Assembly: GCF_009914755.1 (NCBI RefSeq)
Contig: NC_060933.1
Length of the DNA: 64,000 bases
Strand: one strand, 5' to 3'
Source of the DNA: the human T2T-CHM13v2.0 reference genome, Homo sapiens
The notes beneath the pieces are model-generated. The model did no database searches, was not told the DNA's origin, and saw only the letters and a program-made list of their open reading frames with translations. Numbering within the stretch: position 1 is the first letter of the stretch; each line of letters opens with the position of its first letter. The position numbers and the translations under genes were made by a program. Shown in pieces: positions 15,530 through 30,800 of this stretch.

Positions 15530-18500
15530 CTCGGGTTGATTCCATTCCATTCTACTCCATTCCGTTCCATTCCATTCCATTGCATTGTATTCGGGTTAAT
15601 TGCATTCCATTCCATTCCATTGCATTCCATTCCATTCCATTCCATTACATTACATTCCATTCCATTACAATGGAGTTGATTCCATTCCATTCCATTCCAT
15701 TCCATTCCATTCCATTCCAGTCCTTTCCATTCCATTCCACTCGGGTTGATTCCATTCTATTAGTTTCCATTCCATTCCATTCCTTTCCATTCCACTCTGG
15801 TTGATTCCATTCCTTTCCATTCCACTCGAATACATTCCCTCCTATTCCACTCGGAACGATTCCATTCCATTCCATTCCATTCCATTCCATTCCATTCCAT
15901 TCCTTTCCATTCCAGTTCGTTCCATTCCGTTCTATTCCGTACCATTCCATTCCATTCAATTCCTTTCCATTCCATTCCTTTCCACTCGTGTTGATTCCAT
16001 TCCTTTCCATTCCATTCGGTTTGAAGGCATTCCATTCCATTCAATTCCATTCCATTCCATTCTATTCCATTCCATTGCAATCGAGTTGAATCCATTGCCT
16101 TTCATTCCATTCCATTCCATTCCATTCCGGAAGATTCCATTCCATTGCATTCCATTCCATTCCATTCCCCTGCACTCGAGTTGATTCCATTCCATTCCAT
16201 TCCATTCCATTCCGTTCCGTTCCATTCCATTCCATTCCATTCCATTCCATTCCATTCCGTTCCGTTCCATTCCATTCCATTCCATTCTATTCGGGTTAAT
16301 TCCATTCCATTCCATTCGATTGCCATCGAGTTGTTTCCATTCCATTCCATTCTATTCCATTCCATTCCATTCCATTCCATTCCTTTCCATTCCATTACGG
16401 ATGACTCCATTCCATTGCATTCCCTTCCATTCCATTCCCCTGTACTCGGGTTGATTCCATTCCATTCCATTCCACTCCATTCGGTTCCGTTGCATTCCAT
16501 TCTATTGCATTCCATCTATTCGGGTTAATTCCATTCCATTCTATTCCATTCCATTCCATTCCATTCCATTGCAATGGAGTTGATTCCATTCCATTCCATT
16601 CCATTCCGGATGATTCCATTGCATTGCATTCCATTCCATTCCATTCCCCTGCACTCGTGTTGATTCCATTCCCTTCCATTCCATTCCATTCTGTTCCATT
16701 CCATTCCATTCCATTCTCTTCCGGTTAAATCCATTCCATTCCATTCCATTCCATTCCATTGCAATCGAGTTGATTCCATTCCATTCCTTTCCATTCCATT
16801 CCATTGCCTTGCATTCCACTCGGGTTGATTCCATTCCCTTCTTTCCACTCCATTACATTCCCTTCCATTCCTCTCGGTATGATTGATTCCATTCCATTCC
16901 ATTCCATTTCATTCCATTGCAATCCATTCCAATCCATTCCATTCCATTCCATTCCACTCGAGTTGACTTCATTCCATTCCTTTCCATTCCATTCCATTCC
17001 TTTCCACTCGAGTTGATTCCATTCCATTCCAATCCATTGCAATCCATTCCATGCCATTCCACTCGGGTTGATTCCATTCCTTTGCATTCCATTCCATTCC
17101 ATTCCATTGCATTCCATTCCATTCCATTCCGTTGCATTCCCTTCCATTACATTCGGATTGATTCTATTCAACTCCCTTATTCTCCATTACATTCCATTCC
17201 ATTCGGGTTGTTCCATTCCATTCCATTCCATTCCACTCCATTCCATTGCCCACGGGTTGATTCCATTCCATTCCATTCCATTCCATTCCATTCCGGATGA
17301 CTCCATTCCATTGCATTCCGTTCCATTACATTCCCCTGCACTCGGGTTGATACCATTCCATTCCATTCCATTCCATTCCATTCCATTCCATTCCGGATGA
17401 TTCCATTCCATTGCATTCCATTCCATTCCATTCCCCTGCACTCGGGTTGATTACATTCCATTTCTTTCCCTTCCATTCCTTTCCATTCCATTCCATTCCA
17501 TTCTATTCTGGTGAATTCCATTCCATTCCATTCCATTCCATTCCATTCCATTCCATTCCATTGCAATCGAGTTGATTCCATTCCATTCCATTCCATTCCG
17601 TTCCGGATGATTCCATTCCATTCCATTCCATTCCCCTGCAGTCGGGTTGATTCCATTCCATTCCTTTCCATTCCATTCCATTCCATTCCATTCCATTCCG
17701 TTCCGTTCCATTCCGTTCCATTCCATTCCATTCCATTCTATTCGGGTTAATTCCATTCCGTTCCATTCCATTCCATTCCATTCCGGAAGATTCCATTCCA
17801 TTGCATTCCATTCCATTCCATTCCCCTGCACTCGCGTTGATTCCATTCCATTCCATTCCATTCCATTCCATTCCATTCCGTTCCGTTCCATTCCATTCCA
17901 TTCCATTCCATTCCATTCCATTCCGTTCCGTTCCATTCCATTCCATTCCATTCTATTCGGGTTAATTCCATTCCATTCCATTCGATTGCAATCGTGTTGA
18001 TTCCATTCCATTCCATTCCATTCCATTCCATTCCATTCCTTTCCATTCCATTACGGATGATTCCATTCTATTGCATTCCATTCCATTCCATTCCCCTGTA
18101 CTCCGGTTGATTCCATTCCCTTGCATTCCAATCCATGCCCTTCCACTCGTGTTGATTCCATTCTTTCCATTCCATTCAAGTTGAATCCATTCCATTGCAT
18201 TCCATTCCATTCGATTCCATTCGATTGCACTCGGGTTGATTCCATTCCATTGCATTCCATTCCATTCCATTCCATTCCATTCCGTTCCATTCCATTCCAT
18301 TACATTCGGATTGATTCTATTCAATTCCCTTACAATCCATTACATTCCATTCCATTCGGGTAGTTTCCATTCCATTCCATTCCATTCCTCTCCATTCCAT
18401 TGCACTCGGGTTGATTCCATTCCATTCCATTCCATTCCATTCCATTCAATTCCATTCCGTTCCATTCCATTCCATTACATTCGGATTGATTCTATTCAAC

Positions 18501-21500
18501 TCCCTTACTCTCCATTACATTCCATTCCGTTCGGGTTGCTCCATTCCATTCCATTCCATTCCACTCCATTCCATTGCACTCGGGTTTATTCCATTCCATT
18601 CCATTCCATTCCATTCCATTCCATTCCATTCCGGAAGATTCCATTCCATTGCATTCCATTCCATTCCATTCCCCTGCAATCGTGTTGATTCCATTCCATT
18701 CCACTCCATTCCGTTCCATTCCATTCCATTCCATTGTATTCGGGTTAATTCCATTCCATTACATTCCATTCCATTCCATTGCATTCCATTCCATTACAAT
18801 CGAGTTGATTCCATTCCATTCAATTCCATTCCATTCCATTCCATTCCAGTCCTTTCCATTCCATTCCACTCGGGTTGATTCCATTCTATTAGTTTCCATT
18901 CCATTCAATTCCCTTCCATTCCACTCTGGTGGATTCCATTCCTTTCCATTCCACTCGAATACATTCCCTCCTATTCCACTCGGAACGATTCCATTCCATT
19001 CTATTCCATTCCATTCCATTCCATTCCATTTCATTCCAGTTCGTTCCATTCCATTCTATTCCGTACCATTCCATTCCATTCCATTCCTTTCCATTCCATT
19101 CCTTTCCACTCGTGTTGATTCCATTCCTTTCCATTCCATTCGGTTTGAAGGCATTCCATTCCATTCAATTCCATTCCATTCCATTCAATTCCATTCCATT
19201 CTATTCCATTCAATTGCAATCGAGTTGAATCCATTGCGTTTCATTCCATTCCATTCCATTCCATTCCATTCCGGAAGATTCCATTCCATTACATTCCATT
19301 CCATTCCATTCCCCTGCACTCGCGTTGATTCCATTCCATTCCATTCCATTCCATTCCGTTCCATTCCATTCCATTCCATTCCATTCCATTCCGTTCCGTT
19401 CCATTCCATTCCATTCCATTCTATTCGGGTTAATTCCATTCCATTCCATTCGATTGCCATCGAGTTGATTCCATTCCATTCCATTCCATTCCATTCCATT
19501 CCATTCCTTTCCATTCCATTACGGATGACTCCATTCCATTGCTTTCCCTTCCATTCCATTCCCCTGTACTCGGGTTGATTCCTTTCCATTCCATTCCACT
19601 CCATTCCGTTCCGTTGCATTCCATTCTATTGCATTCCATCTATTCGGGTTAATTCCATTCCATTCTATTCCATTCCATTCCATTCCATTCCATTGCAATG
19701 GAGTTGATTCCATTCCATTCCATTCCATTCCGGATGATTCCATTGCATTGCATTCCATTCCATTCCATTCCCCTGCACTCGTGTTGATTCCATTCCCTTC
19801 CATTCCATTCCATTCCGTTCCATTCCATTCCATTCCATTCTCTTCCGGTTAAATCCATTCCATTCCATTCCATTCCATTCCATTGCAATCGAGTTGATTC
19901 CATTCCATTCCTTTCCATTCCATTCCATTGCCTTGCATTCCACTCGGGTTGATTCCATTCCCTTCTTTCCACTCCATTACATTCCCTTCCATTCCTCTCG
20001 GTATGATTGATTCCATTCCATTCCATTCCATTTCATTCCATTGCAATCCATTCCAATCCATTCCATTCCATTCCATTCCACTCGAGTTGACTTCATTCCG
20101 TTCCTTTCCATTCCATTCCATTCCTTTCCACTCGAGTTGATTCCATTCCATTCCAATCCATTGCAATCCATTCCATGCCATTCCACTCGTGTTGATTCCA
20201 TTCCTTTGCATTCCATTCCATTCCATTCCACTGCATTCCATTCCATTCCATTCCGTTGCATTCCCTTCCATTACATTCGGATTGATTCTATTCAACTCCC
20301 TTATTCTCCATTACATTCCATTCCATTCGGGTTGTTCCATTCCATTCCATTCCATTCCACTCCATTCCATTGCCCACGGGTTGATTCCATTCCATTCCAT
20401 TCCATTCCATTCCATTCCGGATGACTCCATTCCATTGCATTCCGTTCCATTACATTCCCCTGCACTCGGGTTGATACCATTCCATTCCATTCCATTCCAT
20501 TCCATTCCGGATGATTCCATTCCATTGCATTCTATTCCATTCCATTCCCCTGCACTCGGGTTGATTACATTCCATTTCTTTCCCTTCCATTCCTTTCCAT
20601 TCCATTCCATTCCATTCTATTCTGGTGAATTCCATTCCATTCCATTCCATTCCATTCCATTCCATTGCAATCGAGTTGATTCCATTCCATTCCATTCCAT
20701 TCCGTTCCGGATGATTCCATTCCATTCCATTCCATTCCCCTGCAGTCGGGTTGATTCCAATCCATTCCATTCCATTCTATTCTGGTGAATTCCATTCCAT
20801 TCCATTCCATTCCATTCCATTCCATTCCATTCCATTGCAATCGAGTTGATTCCATTCCATTCCATTCCTTTCCGTTCCGGATTATACCATTCCATTCCAT
20901 TCCATTCCCCTGCAGTCGGGTTGATTCCAATCCATTCCATTCCATTCCATTCCGTTCCGTTCCATTCCGTTCCATTCCATTCCATTCCATTCTATTCGGG
21001 TTAATTCCATTCCGTTCCATTCCATTCCATTCCGGAAGATTCCATTCCATTGCATTCCATTCCATTCCATTCCCCTGCACTCGCGTTGATTCCATTCCAT
21101 TCCATTCCATTCCATTACATTCCGTTCCGTTCCATTCCATTCCATTCCATTCCATTCCATTCCGTTCCGTTCCGTTCCATTCCATTCCATTCCATTCTAT
21201 TCGGGTTAATTCCATTCCATTCCATTCGATTGCAATCGTGTTGATTCCATTCCATTCCATTCCATTCCATTCCATTCCATTCCTTTCCATTCCATTACGG
21301 ATGATTCCATTCTATTGCATTCCATTCCATTCCATTCCCCTGTACTCCGGTTGATTCCATTCCTTTGCATTCCAATCCATGCCCTTCCACTCGTGTTGAT
21401 TCCATTCTTTCCATTCCATTCAAGTTGAATCCATTCCATTGCATTCCATTCCATTCGATTCCATTCGATTGCACTCGGGTTGATTCCATTCCATTGCATT

Positions 21501-21905
21501 CCATTCCATTCCATTCCATTCCATTCCATTCCATTCCATTACATTCGGATTGATTCTATTCAATTCCCTTACAATCCATTACATTCCATTCCATTCGGGT
21601 AGTTTCCATTCCATTCCATTCCATTCCTCTCCATTCCATTGCACTCGGGTTGATTCCATTCCATTGCATTCCATTCCATTCCATTCAATTCCATTCCGTT
21701 CCATTCCATTCCATTACATTCGGATTGATTCTATTCAACTCCCTTACTCTCCATTACATTCCATTCCGTTCGGGTTGCTCCATTCCATTCCATTCCATTC
21801 CACTCCATTCCATTGCACTCGGGTTTATTCCATTCCATTCCATTCCATTCCATTCCATTCCATTCCATTCCGGAAGATTCCATTCCATTGCATTCCATTC
21901 CATTC
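15530..21905 (+). repeat. ~3.12-3.24-kb tandem duplication (~15530-18680 / ~18680-21905)
   Basis: ORF pairs at offset 3124 (16395/19519, 16525/19649, 16725/19849, 16917/20041) and 3244 (18051/21295); shared private variants TCCATCTATT 1-bp deletion, TTGCCCACGGG, CTCTCGGTATG, GTACTCCGGTTG, GGGTTGCTCC. Confidence 0.9.
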
Positions 21906-24900
21906 CAACTCCATGCACTCGCGTTGATTCCATTCCATTCCATTCCTTTCCATTCCATTCCATTCCCTTCCGTTCCGTTCCGTTCCATTCCATTCCATTC
22001 CATTCCATTCCATTCCATTTCATTCCGTTCCGTTGCATTCCATTCCATTCCATTCTATTCGGGTTAATTCCATTCCATTCCGTTCGATTGCAATCGTGTT
22101 GATTCCATTCCATTCCATTCCATTGCATTCCATTCCATTCCACTCCATTCCAGTCCTTTCCATTCCATTCCACTCGGGTTGATTCCAATGTACTCCTTTC
22201 CATTGCTTTCCATTCCATTGCAATCGAGTTGATTCCATTGCTTTGCATTCCATTCCATTCCATTCCAGATGATTCCATTCCATTGCATTGCATTCCATTC
22301 CATTCCCCTGCACTCGGGTTGATTCCATTCCATTCCACTCCATTTCGTTCCATTCCATTCCATTCCATTGTATTCGGGTTAATTCCATTCCATTCCATTC
22401 CATTCCATTCCATTCCATTCCATTCCATTCCATTACAATCGAGTTGATTCCATTCCATTCCATTCCATTCCAGTCCTTTCCATTCCATTCCACTCGGGTT
22501 GATTCCATTCTATTAGTTTCCATTCCATTCCATTCCCTTCCATTCCACTCTGGTTGCTTCCAATCCCTTGCATTCCACTCGAATACATTCCCTCCTATTC
22601 CACTCGGAACGATTCCATTCCATTCCAATCCATTCCATTCCATTCCATTCCATTCCATTCCATTTCGTTCCATTCCATTCCATTCCGTATCATTCCATTC
22701 CATTCCATTCCATTCCATTCCATTCCATTCCATTGTACTCGGGTTGATTCCATTCCATTGCATTCCATTCCATTCCATTCCATTCCATTCCGTTGCATTC
22801 CATTCCATTACATTCGGATTGATTCTATTAAACTCCCTTACTCTCCATTACATTCCATTCCATTCGGGTTGTTCCATTCCATTCCATTCCATTCCACTCC
22901 ATTCCATTGCACTCGGGTTGATTCCATTCCATTCCATTCCATTCCATTCCATTTAATTCCATTCCATTACAATTCGTTCCATTCCATTCTATTCCGTACC
23001 ATTCCATTCCATTCCATACCATTCCATTCCATTCCATTCCATTCCATTCCGTTCCATTCCGTTCCATTCCATTCCATTCCATTCTATTCGGGTTAATTCC
23101 ATTCCATTCCATTCCATTCCATTCTATTCCATTCCATTGCAATCGAGTTGAATCCATTGCATTTCATTCCATTCCATTCCATTCCATTCCATAACGGAAG
23201 TTTCCATTCCATTGAATTCCATTCCATTCCATTCCCCTACACTCGCGTTGAATCCACTCCATTCCATTCCATTCCATTCCGTTCCGTTCCATTCCATTCC
23301 ATTACATTCCGTTCCGTTCCATTCCATTCCATTCCATTCTATTCGGGTTAATTCCATTCCATTCCATTCGATTGCAATCGAGTTGATTCCATTCCATTCC
23401 ATTCCATTCCATTCCATTCCATTCCATTCCTTTCCATTCCATTACGGATGATTCCATTCCATTGCATTCCATTCCATTCCATTCCCCTGTACTCGGGTTG
23501 ATTCCGTTCCATTCCATTCCAATCCATGCCATTCAACTCGTGTTGATTCCATTCTTTCCATTCCATTCAAGTTGAATCCATTGCATTGCATTCCATTCAA
23601 TTCGATTCCATTCGATTGCACTCGGGTTGATTCCATTCCATTGCATTCCATTCCATTCCATTCCATTCCATTCCGTTCCGTTCCATTCCATTCCATTACA
23701 TTCGGATTGATTCTATTCAATTCCCTTACACTCCATTACATTGCATTCCATTCGGGTAGTTTCCATTCCATTCCATTCCATTCCTCTCCATTCCATTGCA
23801 CTCGGGTTGATTCCATTCCATTGCATTCCATTCCATTCCATTCCATTCAATTCCATTCCGTTCCATTCCATTCCATTACATTCGGATTGATTCTATTCAA
23901 CTCCCTTACTCTCCATTCCATTCCATTCCATTCGGGTTGTTCCATTCCATTCCATTCCATTCCACTCCATTCCATTGCACTCGGGTTGATTCCATTCCAT
24001 TCCATTACATTCCATTCCATTCCATTCCATTCTATTACAATCGAGTTGATTCCATTCCATTCCATTCCATTCCAGTCCTTTCCATTCCATTCCACTCGGG
24101 TTGATTCCATTCTATTAGCTTCCATTCCATTCGATTCCCTTCCATTCCACTCTGGTTGATTCCATTCCTTTCCATTCCACTCGAATACATTCCCTCCTAT
24201 TCCACTCGGAACGATTCCATTCCATTCCATTCCATTCCATTCCATTCCATTCCATTCCGTTCCATTCCATTCTATTCCGTATCATTCCATTCCATTCCAT
24301 TCCATTCCATTCCATTCCATTGTACTCGGGTTGATTCCATTCCATTGCATTCCATTCCATTCCATTCCATTCCATTCCATTCCATTCCATTCCATTCGGT
24401 TCCATTCCATTACATTCGGATTGATTCTTTTCAACTCCCTTACTCTCCATTCCATTCCATTCCATTCGGATTGATTCTATTCATCTCCCTTACTCTCCAT
24501 TTCATTCCATTCCATTAGGGTTGTTCCATTCCATTCCATTCCATTCCACTCCATTCCATTGCACTCGGGTTGATTCCATTCCATTCCATTCCATTCCATT
24601 CCATTCCGGATGATTCCATTCCATTGCATTCCGTTCCATTACATTCCCGTGCACTCGCGTTGATTCCATTCCATTCCATTCCATTCCTTTCAATTCCATT
24701 CCATTACAATTCGTTCCATTCCATTCTATTCCGTACCATTCCATTCCATTCCATTCCATACCATTTCATTCCATTCCATTCCATTCCATTCCGTTCCATT
24801 CCGTTCCATTCCATTCCATTCCATTCTATTCGAATTAATTCCATTCAATTCCATTCCATTCCATTCTATTCCATTCCATTGCAATCGAGTTGAATCCATT

Positions 24901-27800
24901 GCATTTCATTTCATTCCATTCCATTCCATTCAATTCAGGAAGATTCCATTCCATTGCATTCCATTCCATTCCATTCCCCTGCACTCGCGTTGATTCCATT
25001 CCATTCCATTCCATTCCATTCCGTTCCGTTCCATTCCATTCCATTCCATTCTATTCCGTTCCGTTCCATTCCATTCCATTCCATTCTATTCGGGTTAATT
25101 CCATTCCATTCCACTCGATTGCAATCGAGTTGATTCCATTCCATTCCATTCCATTCCATTCCATTCCTTTCCATTCCATTACGGATGATTCCATTCCATT
25201 GCATTCCATACCATTCCATTCCCCTATACTCGGGTTGATTCCATTCCATTCCATTCCATTTCATTCCATTCCATTCCATTCCGGATGATTCCATTCCATT
25301 ACATTCCATTCCATTCCATTCCCCTGCAGTCGGGTTGATTCCATTCCATTCCATTCCATTCCATTGCATTCCGTTCCATTCCATTCCATTCCATTCTCTT
25401 CGGGTTAATTCCATTCCATTCCATTCCATTCCATTCCATTCCATTCCATTCCATTCCAATCGAGTTGATTCCATTCCATTCCATTCCATTCCATTCCACT
25501 CCATTCCAGTCCTTTCCATTCCATTACACTCGGGTTTATTCCATTCTATTCCTTTCCATTCCATTCCATTCCAATGCAATCGAGTTGATTCCATTGCTTT
25601 GCATTCCATTCCATTCCATTCCATTCCGGATGATTCCATTCCATTGCATTCCATTCCATTCCATTCCCCTGCAATCGTGTTGATTCCATTCCATTCCACT
25701 CCATTCCGTTCCATTCCATTCCATTCCATTGTATTCGGGTTAATTCCATTCCATTACATTCCATTCCATTCCATTCCATTCCATTCCATTACAATCGAGT
25801 TGATTCCATTCCATTCAATTCCATTCCATTCCATTCCATTCCAGTCCTTTCCATTCCATTGCACTCGGGTTGATTCCCTTCTATTAGTTTCCATTCCATT
25901 CCATTCCCTTCCATTCCACTCTGGTGGATTCCATTCCTTTCCATTCCACTCAAATACATTCCCTCCTATTCCACTCGGAACGATTCCATTCCATTCTATT
26001 CCATTCCATTCCATTCCATTCCATTCCATTCCAGTTCGTTCCATTCCATTCTATTCCGTACCATTCCATTCCATTCCATTCCTTTCCATTCCATTCCTTT
26101 CCACTCGTGTTGATTCCATTCCTTTCCATTCCATTCGGTTTGAAGGCATTCCATTCCATTCAATTCCATTCCATTCCATTCAATTCCATTCCATTCTATT
26201 CCATTCAATTGCAATCGAGTTGAATCCATTGCGTTTCATTCCATTCCATTCCATTCCATTCCATTCCGGAAGATTCCATTCCATTACATTCCATTCCATT
26301 CCATTCCCCTGCACTCGCGTTGATTCCATTCCATTCCATTCCATTCCATTCCGTTCCATTCCATTCCATTCCATTCCATTCCATTCCGTTCCGTTCCATT
26401 CCATTCCATTCCATTCTATTCGGGTTAATTCCATTCCATTCCATTCGATTGCCATCGAGTTGATTCCATTCCATTCCATTCCATTCCATTCCTTTCCATT
26501 CCATTACGGATGACTCCATTCCATTGCTTTCCATTCCATTCCATTCCCCTGTACTCGGGTTGATTCCATTCCATTCCATTCCACTCCATTCGGTTCCGTT
26601 GCATTCCATTCTATTGCATTCCATTCTATTCGGGTTAATTGCATTCCATTCTATTCCATTCCATTCCATTCCATTCCATTGCAATGCAGTTTATTCCATT
26701 CCATTCCATTCCATTCCATTCCATTCCGGATGATTCCATTCCATTGCATTCCATTCCATTCCATTCCCCTGCACTCGTGTTGATTCCATTCCCTTCCATT
26801 CCATTCCATTCCGTTCCATTCCATTCCATTCCATTCTATTCCGGTTAATTCCATTCCATTCCATTCCATTCCATTCCATTCCATTCCATTGCAATCGAGT
26901 TGATTCCATTCCATTCCTTTCCATTCCATTCCATTGCCTTGCATTCCACTCGGGTTGATTCCATTCCCTTCTTTCCACTCCATTACATTCCCTTCCATTC
27001 CACTCGGAATGATTGATTCCATTCCATTCCATTGCATTTCATTCCATTGCAATCCATTCCAATCCATTCCATTCCATTCCATTCCACTCGAGTTGACTTC
27101 ATTCCATTCCTTTCCATTCCATTCCATTCCTTTCCACACGAGTTGATTCCTTTACATTCCAATCCATTGCAATCCATTCCATGCCATTCCACTCGGGTTG
27201 ATTCCATTCCATTCCATTCCATTCCATTGCATTCCATTGCATTCCATTCCATTCCATTGCGTTGCATTCGATTCCATTACATTCCGATTGATTCTATTCA
27301 ACTCCCTTACTCTCCATTACATTCCATTCCATTCGGGTTGTTCCATTCCATTCCATTCCATTCCACTCCATTCCATTGCACTCGGGTTGATTCCATTCCA
27401 TTCCATTCCATTCCATTCCATTCCATTCCATTCCGGATGATTCCATTCCATTGCATTCCGTTCCATTACATTCCCCTGCACTCGGGTTGATACCATTCCA
27501 TTCCATTCCATTCCATTCCATTCCATTCCATTCCGGATGATTCCATTCCATTGCATTCCATTCCATTCCATTCCCCTGCACTCGGGTTGATTACATTCCA
27601 TTTCCTTCCCTTCCATTCCTTTCCATTCCATTCCATTCCATTCTATTCGGGTGAATTCCATTCCATTCCATTCCATTCCATTCCATTCCATTCCATTCCA
27701 TTGCAATCGAGTTGAATCCATTCCATTCCATTCCATTCCGTTCCGGATGATTCCATTCCATTCCATTCCATTCCATTCCATTCCATTCCCCTGCAGTCGG
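18670..27800 (+). repeat. Direct repeat at ~7.0-kb offset (~18670-20750 vs ~25665-27800)
   Basis: ORF pairs 18759/25754 and 18929/25924 (offset 6995), 19928/26934 (7006); shared CCCCTGCAATCGTGTTG, CTCTGGTGGATTCC, CATTGCGTTTCATT. Confidence 0.8.
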
Positions 27801-30800
27801 GTTGATTCCATTCCATTCCGTTCCATTCCATTCCATTCCATTCCATTCCGTTCCATTCCATTCCAATCAATTCTATTTGGGTTAATTCCATTCCATTCCA
27901 TTCCATTCCTTTCCATTCCATTCCATTCCAATCGAGTTGATTCTATTCCATTCCATTCCACTCCATTCCAGTCCTTTCCATTCCATTCCACTCGGGTTGA
28001 TTCCATTCTATTCCTTTCCATGCCATTCCATTCCATTGCAATCGAGTTGATTCCATTGCTTTGCATTGCATTCCATTCCATTCCTTTCCGGATGATTCCA
28101 TTCCATTGCATTCCATTCCATTCCATTCCCCTGCGCTCGGGTTGATTCCATTCCATTCCACTCCATTCCGTTCCATTCCATTCCATTCCATTTTATTCGG
28201 GTTAATTCCATTCCATTCCATTCCATTCCATTCCATTCCATTCCATTCCATTACAATCGAGTTTATTCCATTCCATTCCATTCCATTCCATTGCATTCCA
28301 TTCCAGTCCTTTCCATTCCATTCCACTCGGGTTGATTCCATTCTATTAGTTTCCATTCCATTCCATTCCCTTCCATTCCACTCTGCTTGATTCCATTCCT
28401 TTCCATTCCACTCGAATACATTCCCTCCTATTCCACTCGGAACGATTCCATTTCATTCCATTCCATTCCATTCCATTCCATTCCAGTTCGTTCCATTCCA
28501 TTCTATTCCGTACCATTCCATTCCATTCCTTTCCTTTCCATTCCATTCTTTTCCACTCGTGTTGATTCCATTCCTTTCCATTCCATTCGGTTTGAAGGCA
28601 TTCCATTCCATTCAATTCCATTCCATTCCATTCCATTCTATTCCATTCCATTGCAATCGAGTTGAATCCATTGCCTTTCATTCCATTCCATTCCATTCCA
28701 TTCCATTCCGGAAGATTCCATTCCATTCCATTCCATTCTATTCCATTCCCCTGCACTCGCGTTGATTCCATTCCATTCCATTCCATTCCATTCCGTTCCG
28801 TTCCATTCCATTCCATTCCATTCCATTCCGTTCCGTTCCATTCCATTCCATTCCATTCTATTCGGGTTAATTCCATTCCATTCCATTCGATTGCCATCGA
28901 GTTGATTCCATTCCATTCCATTCCATTCCATTCCATTCCATTCCATTCCTTTCCATTCCATTACGGATGACTCCATTCCATTGCATTCCATTCAATTCCA
29001 TTCCCCTGTACTCGGGTTGATTCCATTCCATTCCATTCCACTCCATTCGGTTCCGTTGCATTCCATTCTATTGCAGTCCATTCTATTCGGGTTAATTCCA
29101 TTCCATTCTATTCCATTCCATTCCATTCCATTCCATTGCAATGGAGTTGATTCCATTCCTTTCCATTCCATTCCGGATGATTCCTTTCCATTGCATTCCA
29201 TTCCATTCCATTCCCCTACACTCGTGTTGATTCCATTCCATTCCATTCCATTCCATTCCGTTCCATTCCATTCCATTCCATTCTATTCCGGTTAATTCCA
29301 TTCCATTCCATTCCATTCCATTCCATTCCATTGCAATCGAGTTTTTTCCATTCCATTCCTTTCCATTCCATTCCATTGCCTTGCATTCCACTCGGGTTGA
29401 TTCCATTCCCTTCTTTCCACTCCATTACATTCCCTTCCATTCCACTCGGAATGATTGATTCCATTCCATTCTATTCCATTTCATTCCATTGCAATCCATT
29501 CCAAACCATTCCATTCCATTCCATTCCACTCGAGTTGACTTCATTCCATTCCTTTCCATTCCATTCCATTCCTTTCCACTCGAGTTGATTCCATTCCATT
29601 CCAATCCATTGCATTCCATTCCATGCCATTCCACTCGGGTTGATTCCATTCCTTTGCATTCCATTCCATTCCATTCCATTGCATTCCATTCAATTCCATT
29701 CCGTGGCATTCCATTCCATTACATTCGGATTGATTCTATTCAACTCCCTTACTCTCCATTACATTCCATTCCATTCAGGTTGTTCCATTCCATTCCATTC
29801 CATTCCACTCCATTCCATTGCACTCGGGTTGATTCCATTCCATTCCATTCCATTGCATTCCATTCCGGATGATTCCATTCCATTGCATTCCGTTCCATTA
29901 CATTCCCTTGCACTCGGGTTGATTCCATTCCATTCCATTCCATTCCATTCGATTCCATTCCATTCCCCTGCACTCGCGTTGATTCCATTCCATTCCATTC
30001 CATTCCATTCCATTCCATTCCATTCCATTCCTTTCCATTCCAGTCCTTTCCATTCCATTCCACTCGGGTTGATTCCATTCTATTAGTTTCCATTCCATTC
30101 CATTCCCTTCCATTCCACTCTGGTTGATTCCATTCCTTTCCATTCCACTCGAATACATTCCCTCCTATTACACTCGGAACGATTCCATTCCATTCCATTC
30201 CATTCCATTCCATTCCATTCCATTCCATTCCATTCCATTTCGTTCCATTCCATTCTATTCCGTATCATTCCATTCCATTCCATTCCATTGCAATCCACTC
30301 GTGTTGATTTCATTCCTTTCCATTCCATTCGGTTTGAAGGCATTCCATTCCATTCCATTCCATTCCATTCCATTCCATTCCATTCCATTGTACTCGGGTT
30401 GATTCCATTCCATTGCATTCCATTCCATTCCATTCCGTTGCATTCCATTCCATTACATTCGGATTGATTCTATTCAACTCCCTTACTCTCCATTCCATTC
30501 CATTCCATTCGGGTTGTTCCATTCCATTCCATTCCATTCCACTCCATTCCATTGCACTCGGATTGATTCCATTCCATTCCATTCCATTCAATTCCATTCC
30601 ATTCCGGATGATTCCATTCCATTGCATTCTGTTCCATTACATTCCCCTGCACTCGGGTTGATTCCATTCCATTCCATTCCATTCCATTCGATTCCATTCC
30701 ATTCCAATTCTTTCCAATCTATTCTATTCCGTACCATTCCATTCCATTCCATACAATTCCATTCCATTCCATTCCACTCCGTTCCGTTCCGTTCCGTTCC

